From assembly GCA_016180235.1 (NCBI GenBank), contig JACPBQ010000004.1, forward strand, positions 371,352-435,351: a stretch of DNA of 64,000 bases. Direction: 5' to 3'. The stretch comes from Candidatus Woesearchaeota archaeon. Its GTDB lineage: Archaea > Nanobdellota > Nanobdellia > Woesearchaeales > GW2011-AR4. The position numbers and the translations under genes were made by a program. The notes beneath the pieces were generated by a model, which was not told the DNA's origin, did not search any database, and was given only the letters and a program-made list of their open reading frames with translations. Below, piece by piece: positions 47,285-56,686 of the stretch. Numbering within the stretch: position 1 is the stretch's first letter; each line of letters opens with the position of its first letter.

Positions 47285-48379
47285 ATGAAAATTGCAAGCA
47301 TCGTTGGCACAAGGCCTAATTTCATGAAGATAGCCCCGTTGGCAAACCAGTTCAAAGAATTTGGGATAGGGCATATACTGATACATACAGGCCAGCATTA
47401 TGACAATGAGATGAGCAAGCTGTTCTTTGACGATTTGGAGATTCCCAAACCGGATATAAATCTTGGCGTGGGCTCCGGTACAAGAGAAAAGCAGATTGAA
47501 ATCATAAAGCACAAACTGGAGCCGATACTGAAAGAAGAGGATCCTGATTTAGTGATAGTTGTTGGAGACGTGAATTCAACCCTTGCCGGGGCCGAGGCAG
47601 CAAAAAAACTCGGAATCAAAGTTGCACATGTGGAAGCAGGCCTGAGGAGCTTTGACAAGGATATGGTGGAGGAGCTTAACAGGATAGAAACGGACAAGAT
47701 AAGCGACTTCCTGTTTACAACGGAGAAGAGCGGCAATGAGAACCTAATAAAAGAAAAAATAGATGAGGAAAAGATTTTTTTTGTCGGAAATGTGATGATA
47801 GACACTTTATTGAGCCACAGGGAAAAAGCGGAAAAATCCGATATCTTGAAGAGGCTTAATCTCAACAAAAAAGAATATTGCACACTGACACTGCACAGGC
47901 CTACCAATGTAGACACAAAAGAAGGATTTGACAATATCATCGATATCCTGGAAAAGCTGCAGGAAAAAATCAAAATCGTGTTTCCAGTACATCCAAGAAC
48001 AAGAAAAAACATTGAAACATTCCATCTGGAAAAGAAAATCGGGAGCATGAAGAATCTAATAATCATTGAGCCTCTTGGCTACCTTGACTTTCTCTGCCTC
48101 ATGGACAACAGCAAAATTGTGCTTACAGACTCAGGCGGAATACAGGAAGAGACGACTGTCCTGGGGATTCCGTGCATCACCTTGAGAAAAAATACGGAAA
48201 GGCCAGTTACTTTTGAAGAAGGCACCAACACGATAGTGAGCACCGATAAGGATAAAATAATCAAAAAAGCCCTTGACATCCTGGACGGAAAAGTCAAATT
48301 TAAAAACAAAATACCGGAACTTTGGGACGGAAAGGCTGCAGAAAGAATCAGCATGATAATTCTGAAGCACTTCAATTAA
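47285..48379 (+). CDS. wecB: UDP-N-acetylglucosamine 2-epimerase, non-hydrolysing (WecB/WbpI-like)
   Basis: GTRPNFMK, HTGQHYD, GDVNST, HVEAGLRS, TDSGGIQEE and TERP. Confidence 0.95.
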   Translation: MKIASIVGTRPNFMKIAPLANQFKEFGIGHILIHTGQHYDNEMSKLFFDDLEIPKPDINLGVGSGTREKQIEIIKHKLEPILKEEDPDLVIVVGDVNSTLAGAEAAKKLGIKVAHVEAGLRSFDKDMVEELNRIETDKISDFLFTTEKSGNENLIKEKIDEEKIFFVGNVMIDTLLSHREKAEKSDILKRLNLNKKEYCTLTLHRPTNVDTKEGFDNIIDILEKLQEKIKIVFPVHPRTRKNIETFHLEKKIGSMKNLIIIEPLGYLDFLCLMDNSKIVLTDSGGIQEETTVLGIPCITLRKNTERPVTFEEGTNTIVSTDKDKIIKKALDILDGKVKFKNKIPELWDGKAAERISMIILKHFN

Positions 48380-48380
48380 A

Positions 48381-49265
48381 ATGGAAAAAAGCAGGCAGGC
48401 AAGAAGCTTGAAAGAAAGGATAAAAAAGTATGTCCCATTCCTGGCGCAAATCCAAATTTATAAGCTTGTCAAAAAAACAAGGTTTTTGAGGCATAAAATA
48501 TCCAGCAAGATTCTGGGTAAGGAAGACATAAAAAAAGCCTTTAGGCAGGCCGGCCTGAAAAAAAATGACATCGTTGTTGTGCATTCTTCTCTTGGCAGGA
48601 TCGGGCATGTAAAGAACGGGGCTGATGCTGTTATAGATGCTTTCCTGGAGATAATAGGCAAAAATGGGCTGCTTATCATGCCGGCTTTTTCCGCATTGAA
48701 CTATGATAAAAAAAGAAAAATGCATGTTTTTGATGTGAAAAAGACCCCAACTTATACCGGTGCAATCCCTGAGACTTTCAGAAAACGGGAAAATGTAAAA
48801 AGAAGCATATCCCCTACGCATTCCTACTGCGCTTTTGGCAGGAGAGCATCTGAATTTGTGAGAAACCATGAGAACTGCGACAACCCTTTTGCCATGAACG
48901 GCCCTTTTGGGAAGATTTACCGCTGGAATGCAAAAATTTTCCTCATCGGGGTTGATCAGCTCGCAAATACCCCTTTGCATATTGTAGAGGACAAGACGGA
49001 GTTCCCTGTCAAAGTCTTTACTGACAAATTCAAAGTTCTAGTCATAGATGATGGAAAAGAGAAAATAGTAAAGGCAAGAAAGCACCTGGACAGCCTGAGA
49101 AGGCATCGTGACCCCAACATACTGGAAAAATACTGCATGAGCTATGGGGTGATGAAAATACACAGGCTCGGAAGCACAGAACTTAGGATCCTAAATGCAA
49201 AGGATTTTGTCCATATGATGGAGGAGCTTGTCAGGAAAAACATAACAATATACCACGCAAAATGA
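48381..49265 (+). CDS. Aminoglycoside N3-acetyltransferase-family protein (AAC(3)/YokD/FrbF-like)
   Basis: VVHSSL, LIMPAFS, TGAIPETFR, RS..PTHS, IFLIGV and NT.LH.VE. Confidence 0.85.
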   Translation: MEKSRQARSLKERIKKYVPFLAQIQIYKLVKKTRFLRHKISSKILGKEDIKKAFRQAGLKKNDIVVVHSSLGRIGHVKNGADAVIDAFLEIIGKNGLLIMPAFSALNYDKKRKMHVFDVKKTPTYTGAIPETFRKRENVKRSISPTHSYCAFGRRASEFVRNHENCDNPFAMNGPFGKIYRWNAKIFLIGVDQLANTPLHIVEDKTEFPVKVFTDKFKVLVIDDGKEKIVKARKHLDSLRRHRDPNILEKYCMSYGVMKIHRLGSTELRILNAKDFVHMMEELVRKNITIYHAK

Positions 49266-49274
49266 GCCTGTGCT

Positions 49275-50255
49275 TTATTTCCTGCATTTGATGTAGGCCC
49301 ATTCCACGGCGAAGGATTTGCTGTCTGCAAGGGAATTTTTCTCCTCCAGTTCCCGGAAAAGCTGTTTGGCTGCCAGAACAATTGCTGCATCCCTGTCCCT
49401 TTCTTCTTTTGGCGAAGGATACCTTCCCCCTATTTCCGGCAGTATGCCTGCCTGCAATCTCCTGACCCTGAGAAAATTCATCCAATCTGCGTACTTTACC
49501 CTGATTTTTTTGTAGACAGGATTTTCATGCTGAAAACCAGCATGATTCAATGCTTCCAGATAAACATCCATGTCCCTTGGAGACGGAAAAACAAATTTTC
49601 TTTGCGGAATCTCCGATACAATGCGCTCAGAAATGCCCGCTTTATACTCTTCAAACATGGGATTGCTGTTTATCATGCCCAACGCGATATCATGGACGCT
49701 GTGTATCGTATCTTCTATCATCAGCACATCTTTTGGCATGCCTTGCCTGGATATATTGCCGCTCTGGAATACAAATTTACCGGGACTTTTAAGCGCCCTG
49801 AAGATGCCGCTGAATGCATTTTCCAGGTCCGGCACCAGATGGAATGTGTTGGCAGATATCACCATATCAGCCGCATTTTTTCCGATTGTCTTGTCCAGGG
49901 TGCCATATTTGCCGTCCTTCTTGCCGAGAATAAAAAAAGACACATTCGGATTTTTGCCCAGGATCTCATAAGCCTTTGCAAGCCAGGCCGGTGAATTGTC
50001 GACGAGCCACAAGCTTATTTTTGCATCAAGCTGCTCCAGGATGCTTATTGCAGATGCTCCTGTGCCGGCGCCGAAATCCACCACAATATCATTTTCATCT
50101 ATATCGGGCTTAATTATGGCTATCAGCTCATTTATATTATCCACATTCCAGCTGGCACCAATAACCGCATTATGGTAGCCCTCAGCGCCTTTTGAAACCG
50201 GCATGTCAGGGATCCATTTCTTCTGCATCGCATTAATCTGATTCATTTTTTCCAT
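49275..50255 (-). CDS. Class I SAM-dependent methyltransferase, substrate unknown (start may be 50246)
   Basis: VVDFGAGTG, WLVDNS, ISANTFH and ALKSPGKF. Confidence 0.75.
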   Translation of the reverse strand: MEKMNQINAMQKKWIPDMPVSKGAEGYHNAVIGASWNVDNINELIAIIKPDIDENDIVVDFGAGTGASAISILEQLDAKISLWLVDNSPAWLAKAYEILGKNPNVSFFILGKKDGKYGTLDKTIGKNAADMVISANTFHLVPDLENAFSGIFRALKSPGKFVFQSGNISRQGMPKDVLMIEDTIHSVHDIALGMINSNPMFEEYKAGISERIVSEIPQRKFVFPSPRDMDVYLEALNHAGFQHENPVYKKIRVKYADWMNFLRVRRLQAGILPEIGGRYPSPKEERDRDAAIVLAAKQLFRELEEKNSLADSKSFAVEWAYIKCRK

Positions 50256-50324
50256 GCCAATCGAAACTTTTTAAACAATGAATTTCATCAATGATGAGTA
50301 GTTTTTAACATATTTTTCCGAAAC

Positions 50325-51491
50325 TCAAATAATCTTCATATGCATTCCCGGGTTTGCTTCCAGCAATAATGCATCAATGAAAAATTTTGCTGCCCAGTTC
50401 GGGAAGCAAAATGGAGCGTACCATCCATAAATAGGAAAGGCTCCCGGAATTCCGCCTCTTATAGCCTTGTTCGAGGATGACAAGTTCTGCACCTTTTTCA
50501 TATAATTGTTGCTCTTTTTTGCCGCATCGATGAACCTTTCATCCTTTGTTTCTATGAATAATTTCTGCCATATTATTGACATCTGGGAATTTCCTGTGAG
50601 GCAGGACCATTTCACGCTGCTTTTCCAGTCCTTATCGAAGCTGCCCGGAAGAGAGCCATCATTTCTTTGCCTGCCTGCCAATGCCAAGGCAGCTTTTTCG
50701 GCAGCTTTTACATACGCTGTTTTTTTCAGGTAAAGCCCCGATTCCAAGATGCCCCTTATTGAATATGCAATCGTATGGACTAAAGGCTCCTGGCCGGGGT
50801 AGAATCCGTTATTCTGAAACCAGCCGTTTTCCTGCTGCTGCGTCAAAGCCCAAACTATATTTTTTTCAGCGGCTTTCTTATAAGAGCCTTTTTTGCTTAT
50901 CTTATGCGCCAGAAGAATGGCCCATGCAGTCCTGGAATTATATGTATGCATATGGCCCAGGTATTCATTTTTTCTCCAGCACCCGTCCTTGTCCATGACA
51001 GACAACAGCCAGTCTGCCGCTTTGACGGCTGCTTCCCTGTATTTTTTGCTTTTAGTCTCTTCGTAAGCCCTGCATAAACCAAAAATCACCTGGCCTGTGT
51101 TGAAGACTATCGGAGTGTCTTTTTTTCCCGCTCCGGGGAATGCTCCGGAAGAAAGCTGGAAATTCAATTCAAAATCTGCCATCTCAACAGCCTTTTGCCT
51201 GTAAACAGGATTTTTTGAGAAATGCGCATAATTAAAGAAAGTGGGTATGATATATCCTGTGGTTTCCACATAGGAATAAGACCATCCATCAAACAGGGAA
51301 TAAAGCGCGCTTACGCCTCCATCATTGTTCTGCTCCTGGGCATAAGACAGCCAATCCATTGCAGCTTTCATATGGGTTTCATTCGGATATGTCTTATTAT
51401 AGAGCTTAAAATAATCTTTTATAGATAAGGATGAAATCTGATAAAATTTTCCCGGATTAAGCCCTTTAATGATGTAATTTATGTATCTCAT
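50325..51491 (-). CDS. (alpha/alpha)6-barrel protein, prenyltransferase/squalene-oxidase-repeat-like, function unknown
   Basis: Repeated A.DWL...Q..DG motifs; ETTGYIIPT, FNTGQ, HTYN, HTIAY, CLTG and KFFIDAL. Confidence 0.6.
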   Translation of the reverse strand: MRYINYIIKGLNPGKFYQISSLSIKDYFKLYNKTYPNETHMKAAMDWLSYAQEQNNDGGVSALYSLFDGWSYSYVETTGYIIPTFFNYAHFSKNPVYRQKAVEMADFELNFQLSSGAFPGAGKKDTPIVFNTGQVIFGLCRAYEETKSKKYREAAVKAADWLLSVMDKDGCWRKNEYLGHMHTYNSRTAWAILLAHKISKKGSYKKAAEKNIVWALTQQQENGWFQNNGFYPGQEPLVHTIAYSIRGILESGLYLKKTAYVKAAEKAALALAGRQRNDGSLPGSFDKDWKSSVKWSCLTGNSQMSIIWQKLFIETKDERFIDAAKKSNNYMKKVQNLSSSNKAIRGGIPGAFPIYGWYAPFCFPNWAAKFFIDALLLEANPGMHMKII

Positions 51492-51513
51492 TCTTAATCA
51501 TCCCTAATCATCC

Positions 51514-52314
51514 TCAATAGTCATAAAATCCTTTTCCTGTTTTCCTGCCAAGCCTGTTTTGCCTTATCAAATCTGACAATATTGGAGACGGCTTGTATTT
51601 GTAGTCATTCAGCTGCTTAAAGAGGCTGTTAAGGATATCAAATGCAACATCAATCCCGACAAGATCCAGGATTGTTATAGGGCCAAGGGGATGGTTTGCA
51701 GTCAGCATCATGCTCCTGTCGACATCTTCTTTTGTTGCAATGCCTTTATAGACCGTGTTTGCAGCTTCATTTAGCATCGCGAACATTATCCTGTTGAACA
51801 GAAAACCGGGCTCATCCTTTACTAAAACCGGCTCTTTGCCTATTTGCCTGGCAAGGCTCAGAATGGCGCTTTTTGTTTCCCTGCTTGTTTCCGGCAGCAT
51901 CGGGATTTCAACAACTTTCATAAGCGTTGCAGGATTTGAAAGATGGAATCCTATTATATTCTTTTTGTGCTTGCAATTCGCTGCAATCACGTGCAACGGG
52001 ATAGTTGAAGAGTTTGAGGCAATGATTGCATGATCTGACGCTACCCTGTCAAGATTTTCAAATACTTCCTGCTTTATAGCCCTGTCTTCCTTAACTGATT
52101 CAATGAGCAGATCGCATTCCGACAAACTGGCATAGCTGCCTTCTATCTTTAATCTGCCAGCCATTTTCTTATCATAGAACAGCTTGCGGCAGTGGTCTTT
52201 CGCATCTTTCTTCCTTGAAACCATCATTACATAAAAGCCCCTGCTCAGGAAAAGCTCCGCTGTCTGGCAGCCCATTGTACCGCATCCTACTATGCCAATT
52301 TTCCTGATTCCCAT
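51514..52314 (-). CDS. 3-hydroxyacyl(butyryl)-CoA dehydrogenase
   Basis: GIVGCGTMG, ESVKED, ASNSST, GFH..NP, PGF.FNR, HPLGP and GRKTGKGFYDY; start 31 nt from a TATA. Confidence 0.9.
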   Translation of the reverse strand: MGIRKIGIVGCGTMGCQTAELFLSRGFYVMMVSRKKDAKDHCRKLFYDKKMAGRLKIEGSYASLSECDLLIESVKEDRAIKQEVFENLDRVASDHAIIASNSSTIPLHVIAANCKHKKNIIGFHLSNPATLMKVVEIPMLPETSRETKSAILSLARQIGKEPVLVKDEPGFLFNRIMFAMLNEAANTVYKGIATKEDVDRSMMLTANHPLGPITILDLVGIDVAFDILNSLFKQLNDYKYKPSPILSDLIRQNRLGRKTGKGFYDY

Positions 52315-52511
52315 ACTTGCATGGTTTTTAACCAGCTTTAAAAAGCTTTTCACAGAGTAAATATCATAAATTCCTGACGATATACCATGAATGAAAACAT
52401 GGATATGCAAATAGTTAACTTTAAATAGTAACCAAAAAATTCAAATAAAAATATTAATGCCATAAAATTAATTACAAACAGCAAAAATAAATAAAACTGG
52501 GTTTAATATAA

Positions 52512-53420
52512 ATGAACATAATATTCACTGGTGGTTCAGGATTCATAGGATTGCCTATTGTAAAAAAGCTTCTTGACAGGGGGCATCATGTTAGGATAAT
52601 AGACCTTGCAAAACCGGAAATATCGCACAAGAACCTGGACTTCGTGAAAAAATCAATTCTTGAAGACATCCATAAAGACATAACAGGGTTTGATTTTCTG
52701 TTCCATTTTGCAGCCAATATCGGCGTGAGCTTCAACGATTCCCATCCTTTAGAGACCATGGAGGTTGACCTTGAGGGATCCGCAAAGGTTTTCAAAACAG
52801 CCATAAAGGCCGGAATCAAGGATATGATGTACGCTTCTTCATCTGAGGTATACGGAAACCCAAGGGAATTGCCGATAAAGGAAGACAGCATAAAGGGCCC
52901 GGTTTCATCGTATGGGGTAGCAAAACTTGGATCGGAGATTTACGCAAATTCCTATAACCAGCAATTTGGGGCAAACATAAAGATTGTCAGGTTCTTCAAT
53001 GTCTATGGGCCCAGGCAATCCATTAAATTTGTCGTTCCAATATTCATAACCAAAGCGCTAAAAAATGAGCCAATACCTGTTTACGGCGATGGGTCGCAAG
53101 CCAGATGCTACACTTATGTGGATGATGCGATAGATGGGGCTTTGGATGTCTTTGACAAAGGCGAGAAAGGCGGAAATTATAATATAGGCAACACCCACCC
53201 AACCACAGTATTGCAGCTTGCTGAAACAATAAAAGAAATAACCAAATCATCCTCAGAAATAACAGTCATGGGCTATGGGCCGGAAACAAGGCTAAGAAAA
53301 AGAGAGGTAGACTACAGGATCCCAAGCATGGAAAAAATGCGAACCCTTGGGTGGGAAGCAAAGACGCGCATAAGAGAAGGAGCAATTAAGACTGCCGATT
53401 GGATAAAGAAAAATCTCTAG
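52512..53420 (+). CDS. NAD-dependent epimerase/dehydratase
   Basis: TGGSGFIG, SSSEVYG, YGVAK, RFFNVYGPRQ and GDGSQAR. Confidence 0.9.
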   Translation: MNIIFTGGSGFIGLPIVKKLLDRGHHVRIIDLAKPEISHKNLDFVKKSILEDIHKDITGFDFLFHFAANIGVSFNDSHPLETMEVDLEGSAKVFKTAIKAGIKDMMYASSSEVYGNPRELPIKEDSIKGPVSSYGVAKLGSEIYANSYNQQFGANIKIVRFFNVYGPRQSIKFVVPIFITKALKNEPIPVYGDGSQARCYTYVDDAIDGALDVFDKGEKGGNYNIGNTHPTTVLQLAETIKEITKSSSEITVMGYGPETRLRKREVDYRIPSMEKMRTLGWEAKTRIREGAIKTADWIKKNL

Positions 53421-53474
53421 TTCTCATCCGGCTCAATAATAACCTTTAAATAATTAGGCTCAGCACTTGCTATT

Positions 53475-54197
53475 GTGAAAGTTTTAATAACCGGGGGTAA
53501 AGGCGCACTGGGAAGGGCCCTTTGCAGCAAATTTGAAGGAGCTTATTGCCCGAGCCATGGAGAGATGGACATAACGGACCCAAAAGCTGTGGATAAAATA
53601 ATATCCAAATACAATCCGGACGTTTTGATTCATACAGCAGCTGTTGTCGGAGTAAGGGAATGCGAAGACGACAAGGAGAAAGCCTGGAATACCAATGTGG
53701 AAGGAACGCAGAATATAATAAATTCATTAAAAAAATTGAATAACAACTGCTATCTTATTTATATATCGACAGCATGCGTTTTTGCCGGGGAAAAGGAAAA
53801 ATACTACACGGAGAAAGATGCACCTTCACCTAAAAATTACTATTCTTTCACTAAAGCCTGCGGAGAGATTGCAGCCAGGCAATACCAGAATGCGTGCATA
53901 ATAAGGACAAATTTCGCGCCCAAGGGGCAGTGGAAATATCCCAAGGCATTTACGGACAGGTTCGGGACATACTTATTCCCGGAAAATATAGCACAGGCAA
54001 TCTCCGAAGTCATAGGGAAAAAGGAGAAAGGGATAATCCACATTGCCGGGGACAAGAGGATGAGCATGCATGAGCTGGCATTGCTGGCAGGCTCAAAAAA
54101 TACGGGAAAAATGACATTGGATGAATACAAAGGGCCTCCAGTGACAGTGGATATGAGCTTATCAACGAAAAGATGGAAAAAATACAAGATAAACTGA
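53475..54197 (+). CDS. RmlD-like NAD(P)-dependent sugar reductase
   Basis: TGGKGALG, DIT, IHTAA, YISTACVF and YSFTK; the GTG start is 30 nt after tttaaata at 53445. Confidence 0.8.
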   Translation: MKVLITGGKGALGRALCSKFEGAYCPSHGEMDITDPKAVDKIISKYNPDVLIHTAAVVGVRECEDDKEKAWNTNVEGTQNIINSLKKLNNNCYLIYISTACVFAGEKEKYYTEKDAPSPKNYYSFTKACGEIAARQYQNACIIRTNFAPKGQWKYPKAFTDRFGTYLFPENIAQAISEVIGKKEKGIIHIAGDKRMSMHELALLAGSKNTGKMTLDEYKGPPVTVDMSLSTKRWKKYKIN

Positions 54198-54199
54198 CA

Positions 54200-54748
54200 A
54201 TGGAATTAAAAAAACTGAACCTGGGCTGCGGAAAAGATATAAAAAAAGGATACATCAATCTCGACCAGTCAAAACTGGAAGGTGTTGATGTAGCGTATGA
54301 CCTTAACAAATTCCCATGGCCATTCCCAAAGAACTATTTTGACGAGATATATGCGAGGGATGCCATAGAGCATTTAAAAGACATATTCAAAGTCATGAGG
54401 GAAATAAACAGGATCTCAAAACCCGGAGCAACTGTAAAGCTAATTGTCCCTTACTGGCACTCTTCCGCAGCTTTTTACCCCAATCATTACTATTTCTTCA
54501 ATGTTGACAGCCTGAAGCTGTTCACAGAAAAAGGCAGAAGCTATGACAACCATTACGGCTTCAAGCTTGAAAAAATAAAGCTGATACCTTCCAGGATAGG
54601 CTGGCTCATACCGCCAATACCATTGCCGAAGTCCATTTTTAAGAATGTCATAGACTTAAGGCATCTTTTCAGCTATATTTTCGGGGAAATAATAGTAAAA
54701 ATCGAATTCACCCTGAAGGCAGTTAAAGATAAGTATGCTAGACAATAA
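54200..54748 (+). CDS. Class I SAM-dependent methyltransferase-like protein
   Basis: KLNLGCG, DLNKFPWPF..NYFDEI....IEH and ISKPGA...IVP. Confidence 0.8.
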   Translation: MELKKLNLGCGKDIKKGYINLDQSKLEGVDVAYDLNKFPWPFPKNYFDEIYARDAIEHLKDIFKVMREINRISKPGATVKLIVPYWHSSAAFYPNHYYFFNVDSLKLFTEKGRSYDNHYGFKLEKIKLIPSRIGWLIPPIPLPKSIFKNVIDLRHLFSYIFGEIIVKIEFTLKAVKDKYARQ

Positions 54749-55715
54749 AGGGCTTTTTTAAGAGGTATTTTTCACTGAAGATTTTTAGTATGTAACTATC
54801 ATCAGCTTTTCTCAGCCTTTGGACTTCCCTCCTCTTCTTCAATACCAGCCTAAAATTAAGAATTATCCAGAAAATTGCCTTTAGCCTGGCAAACGCATTC
54901 CCGAACTTTAATTTGGCTAAATCCCTCAGAATTGAAGCTGCTCTCATCAAAGCAACGTAAGGCAGCATGGGCAAAATTGTTTTTATCTCAAATATCCTGA
55001 AAAAAGTCATCAAAAGATTTCTTTCCAGCAAAAAAACTGATTTTGATTGGGCCTCCCATTTTTTTGTGGTGAAGGCGTGCATGTGGTAATTTATAGCTCC
55101 ATTAACCATTACAACTTTCATCCCAAGCATGCGTATCCTCAACCCAAGATCCAGATCCTCGGCATAAATAAAATAATCAGGATCAAATAAATAGCCAAAT
55201 TTGCCTATGACAGATTTTCTTATAAATCCCCCTCCCATATATGGTATTTCTGTTATTTTTTTGTTTTTATCCCTGGCATAATGGCCGCAATACATTGACC
55301 TTGAGACCCATGTGCCTCCTGAAATCACCTTGGGGTCAAAATAATTAACAGAAACATAAGTTGTCATTGCAATGCTGCTGTCTTTTTCCAAAACATCTAT
55401 GAACTTTTTAAAGCAGCCTTTATGCAGTATAAGGTCGTTATTCGCGAAATAGACATATTTCCCATTGCAATACCGCAATGCAGAATTTATTCCGACATAC
55501 CCAAGATTTTTTTTATTAGCGACTATTTTTACATTCGGATATGCTTTCTTGACGAAATCCACGCTTCCGTCGCTTGAGGCATTATCAACAAGAATGCTGT
55601 TTATCTTATCCTTGGGGTAGTCAATCTTTGAAAGCGAAGCAAGGAAATTATCCAAAACTTCCTTTCCATTGTAATTAACGACTATTACGTCAACAAAAGG
55701 GAATTTTCCGCTCAT
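54738..55715 (-). CDS. GT2 glycosyltransferase (WbbL/rhamnosyltransferase-like)
   Basis: VIVVNYNG, VDNASSDGS, NLGY, NND, YAEDLDLGLR and YH. Confidence 0.9.
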   Translation of the reverse strand: MSGKFPFVDVIVVNYNGKEVLDNFLASLSKIDYPKDKINSILVDNASSDGSVDFVKKAYPNVKIVANKKNLGYVGINSALRYCNGKYVYFANNDLILHKGCFKKFIDVLEKDSSIAMTTYVSVNYFDPKVISGGTWVSRSMYCGHYARDKNKKITEIPYMGGGFIRKSVIGKFGYLFDPDYFIYAEDLDLGLRIRMLGMKVVMVNGAINYHMHAFTTKKWEAQSKSVFLLERNLLMTFFRIFEIKTILPMLPYVALMRAASILRDLAKLKFGNAFARLKAIFWIILNFRLVLKKRREVQRLRKADDSYILKIFSEKYLLKKPFIV

Positions 55716-55723
55716 TATATCTC

Positions 55724-56677
55724 TTAATCTTTCTTTAATATATATTTTTTGTAGAGGTCTTTCATATGCATAAGCCAGCTATGGTTCGGCATTGCATAAA
55801 ACCCGCTTACTTCCATGCCATCCTCTATCGAGCTTATCAAAACAGAATTCAGCAGCACTTTGCAGTCATTTCCCACATCAACATGGTCTTTTATTGTACA
55901 GCCCAATCCTACCCATACCCTTTTTCCCAACTTGCAGCTTCCTCCAAGGCAGGTCATCCCGCAAATCCTGGTATCTTCGCCTATAGCGCAATTATGGCTT
56001 ATGTAGACAAGGTTGTCTATCTTAGCATTGTCATCTATCCTTGTCCACGCAAAGCTTGCCCTGTCAATAACAGCATTGCTCCCAATCTCAACATTATTGC
56101 CAATTCTAACCCCGCCAATGTTTATAAGCCTTGCAGCCTTGTTTTCCCTGTCCATAACAGTGCTGAAGCCTTCTCCGCCTATAACAACGCCGGAATCTAT
56201 AGTGCATTTGTTTCCAATAGAAACCTTGTCATAAATGCTCACATTCGAGCTTATAATCGTGCTGTCGCCAACCGAAACATGGCTTCCAATGACAGTATTT
56301 GGCAGTATCCTGACATTATTTCCTATCCTGACATTATTTCCAAACCTCACTGTGCTGTCGATACTGCAGCCTTTCCCAACAACCGGCTTTTCATTACCTG
56401 TATTGAAGGGCCTGAAATCCTTATGAAGGGCATTATGATATTCAATAAAAGCCAAATGAGGGTCGTCTACGATTATGTACTTGTTTCCCCTTATACCCTT
56501 GATTTTTTCATAGATATCCTTTGAGGTTAAGACAATGACACCCTGGCCATCCTTCAAGAATTTCTTATATTCAATATACTTTATGAAGCTTACTTTATTT
56601 TTTTCAATGTTCTCAAGACTACAAGTGCCGTCATTATCCGGTATGCTGTATTTTTTTTGGACAGTTTTTGGATCCAT
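55724..56677 (-). CDS. LpxD-like N-acyltransferase (left-handed beta-helix)
   Basis: IVDDPH, long hexapeptide run, VIGGEGF, GGVRIGNNVEIG.N.VIDR and KIDNLVYISHN (LpxD KIDNLVQIAHN, His retained). Confidence 0.82.
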   Translation of the reverse strand: MDPKTVQKKYSIPDNDGTCSLENIEKNKVSFIKYIEYKKFLKDGQGVIVLTSKDIYEKIKGIRGNKYIIVDDPHLAFIEYHNALHKDFRPFNTGNEKPVVGKGCSIDSTVRFGNNVRIGNNVRILPNTVIGSHVSVGDSTIISSNVSIYDKVSIGNKCTIDSGVVIGGEGFSTVMDRENKAARLINIGGVRIGNNVEIGSNAVIDRASFAWTRIDDNAKIDNLVYISHNCAIGEDTRICGMTCLGGSCKLGKRVWVGLGCTIKDHVDVGNDCKVLLNSVLISSIEDGMEVSGFYAMPNHSWLMHMKDLYKKYILKKD

Positions 56678-56686
56678 GTCAGAACT

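Noticed and set aside
48381-49265. Aminoglycoside resistance gene
   Set aside because: It is coupled to wecB inside a glycan island with no mobile-element context; a biosynthetic role is more likely.
55724-56677. Lipid A biosynthesis
   Set aside because: No lpxA, lpxB, lpxC, lpxH or lpxK in the window, and the promoters are archaeal-type.
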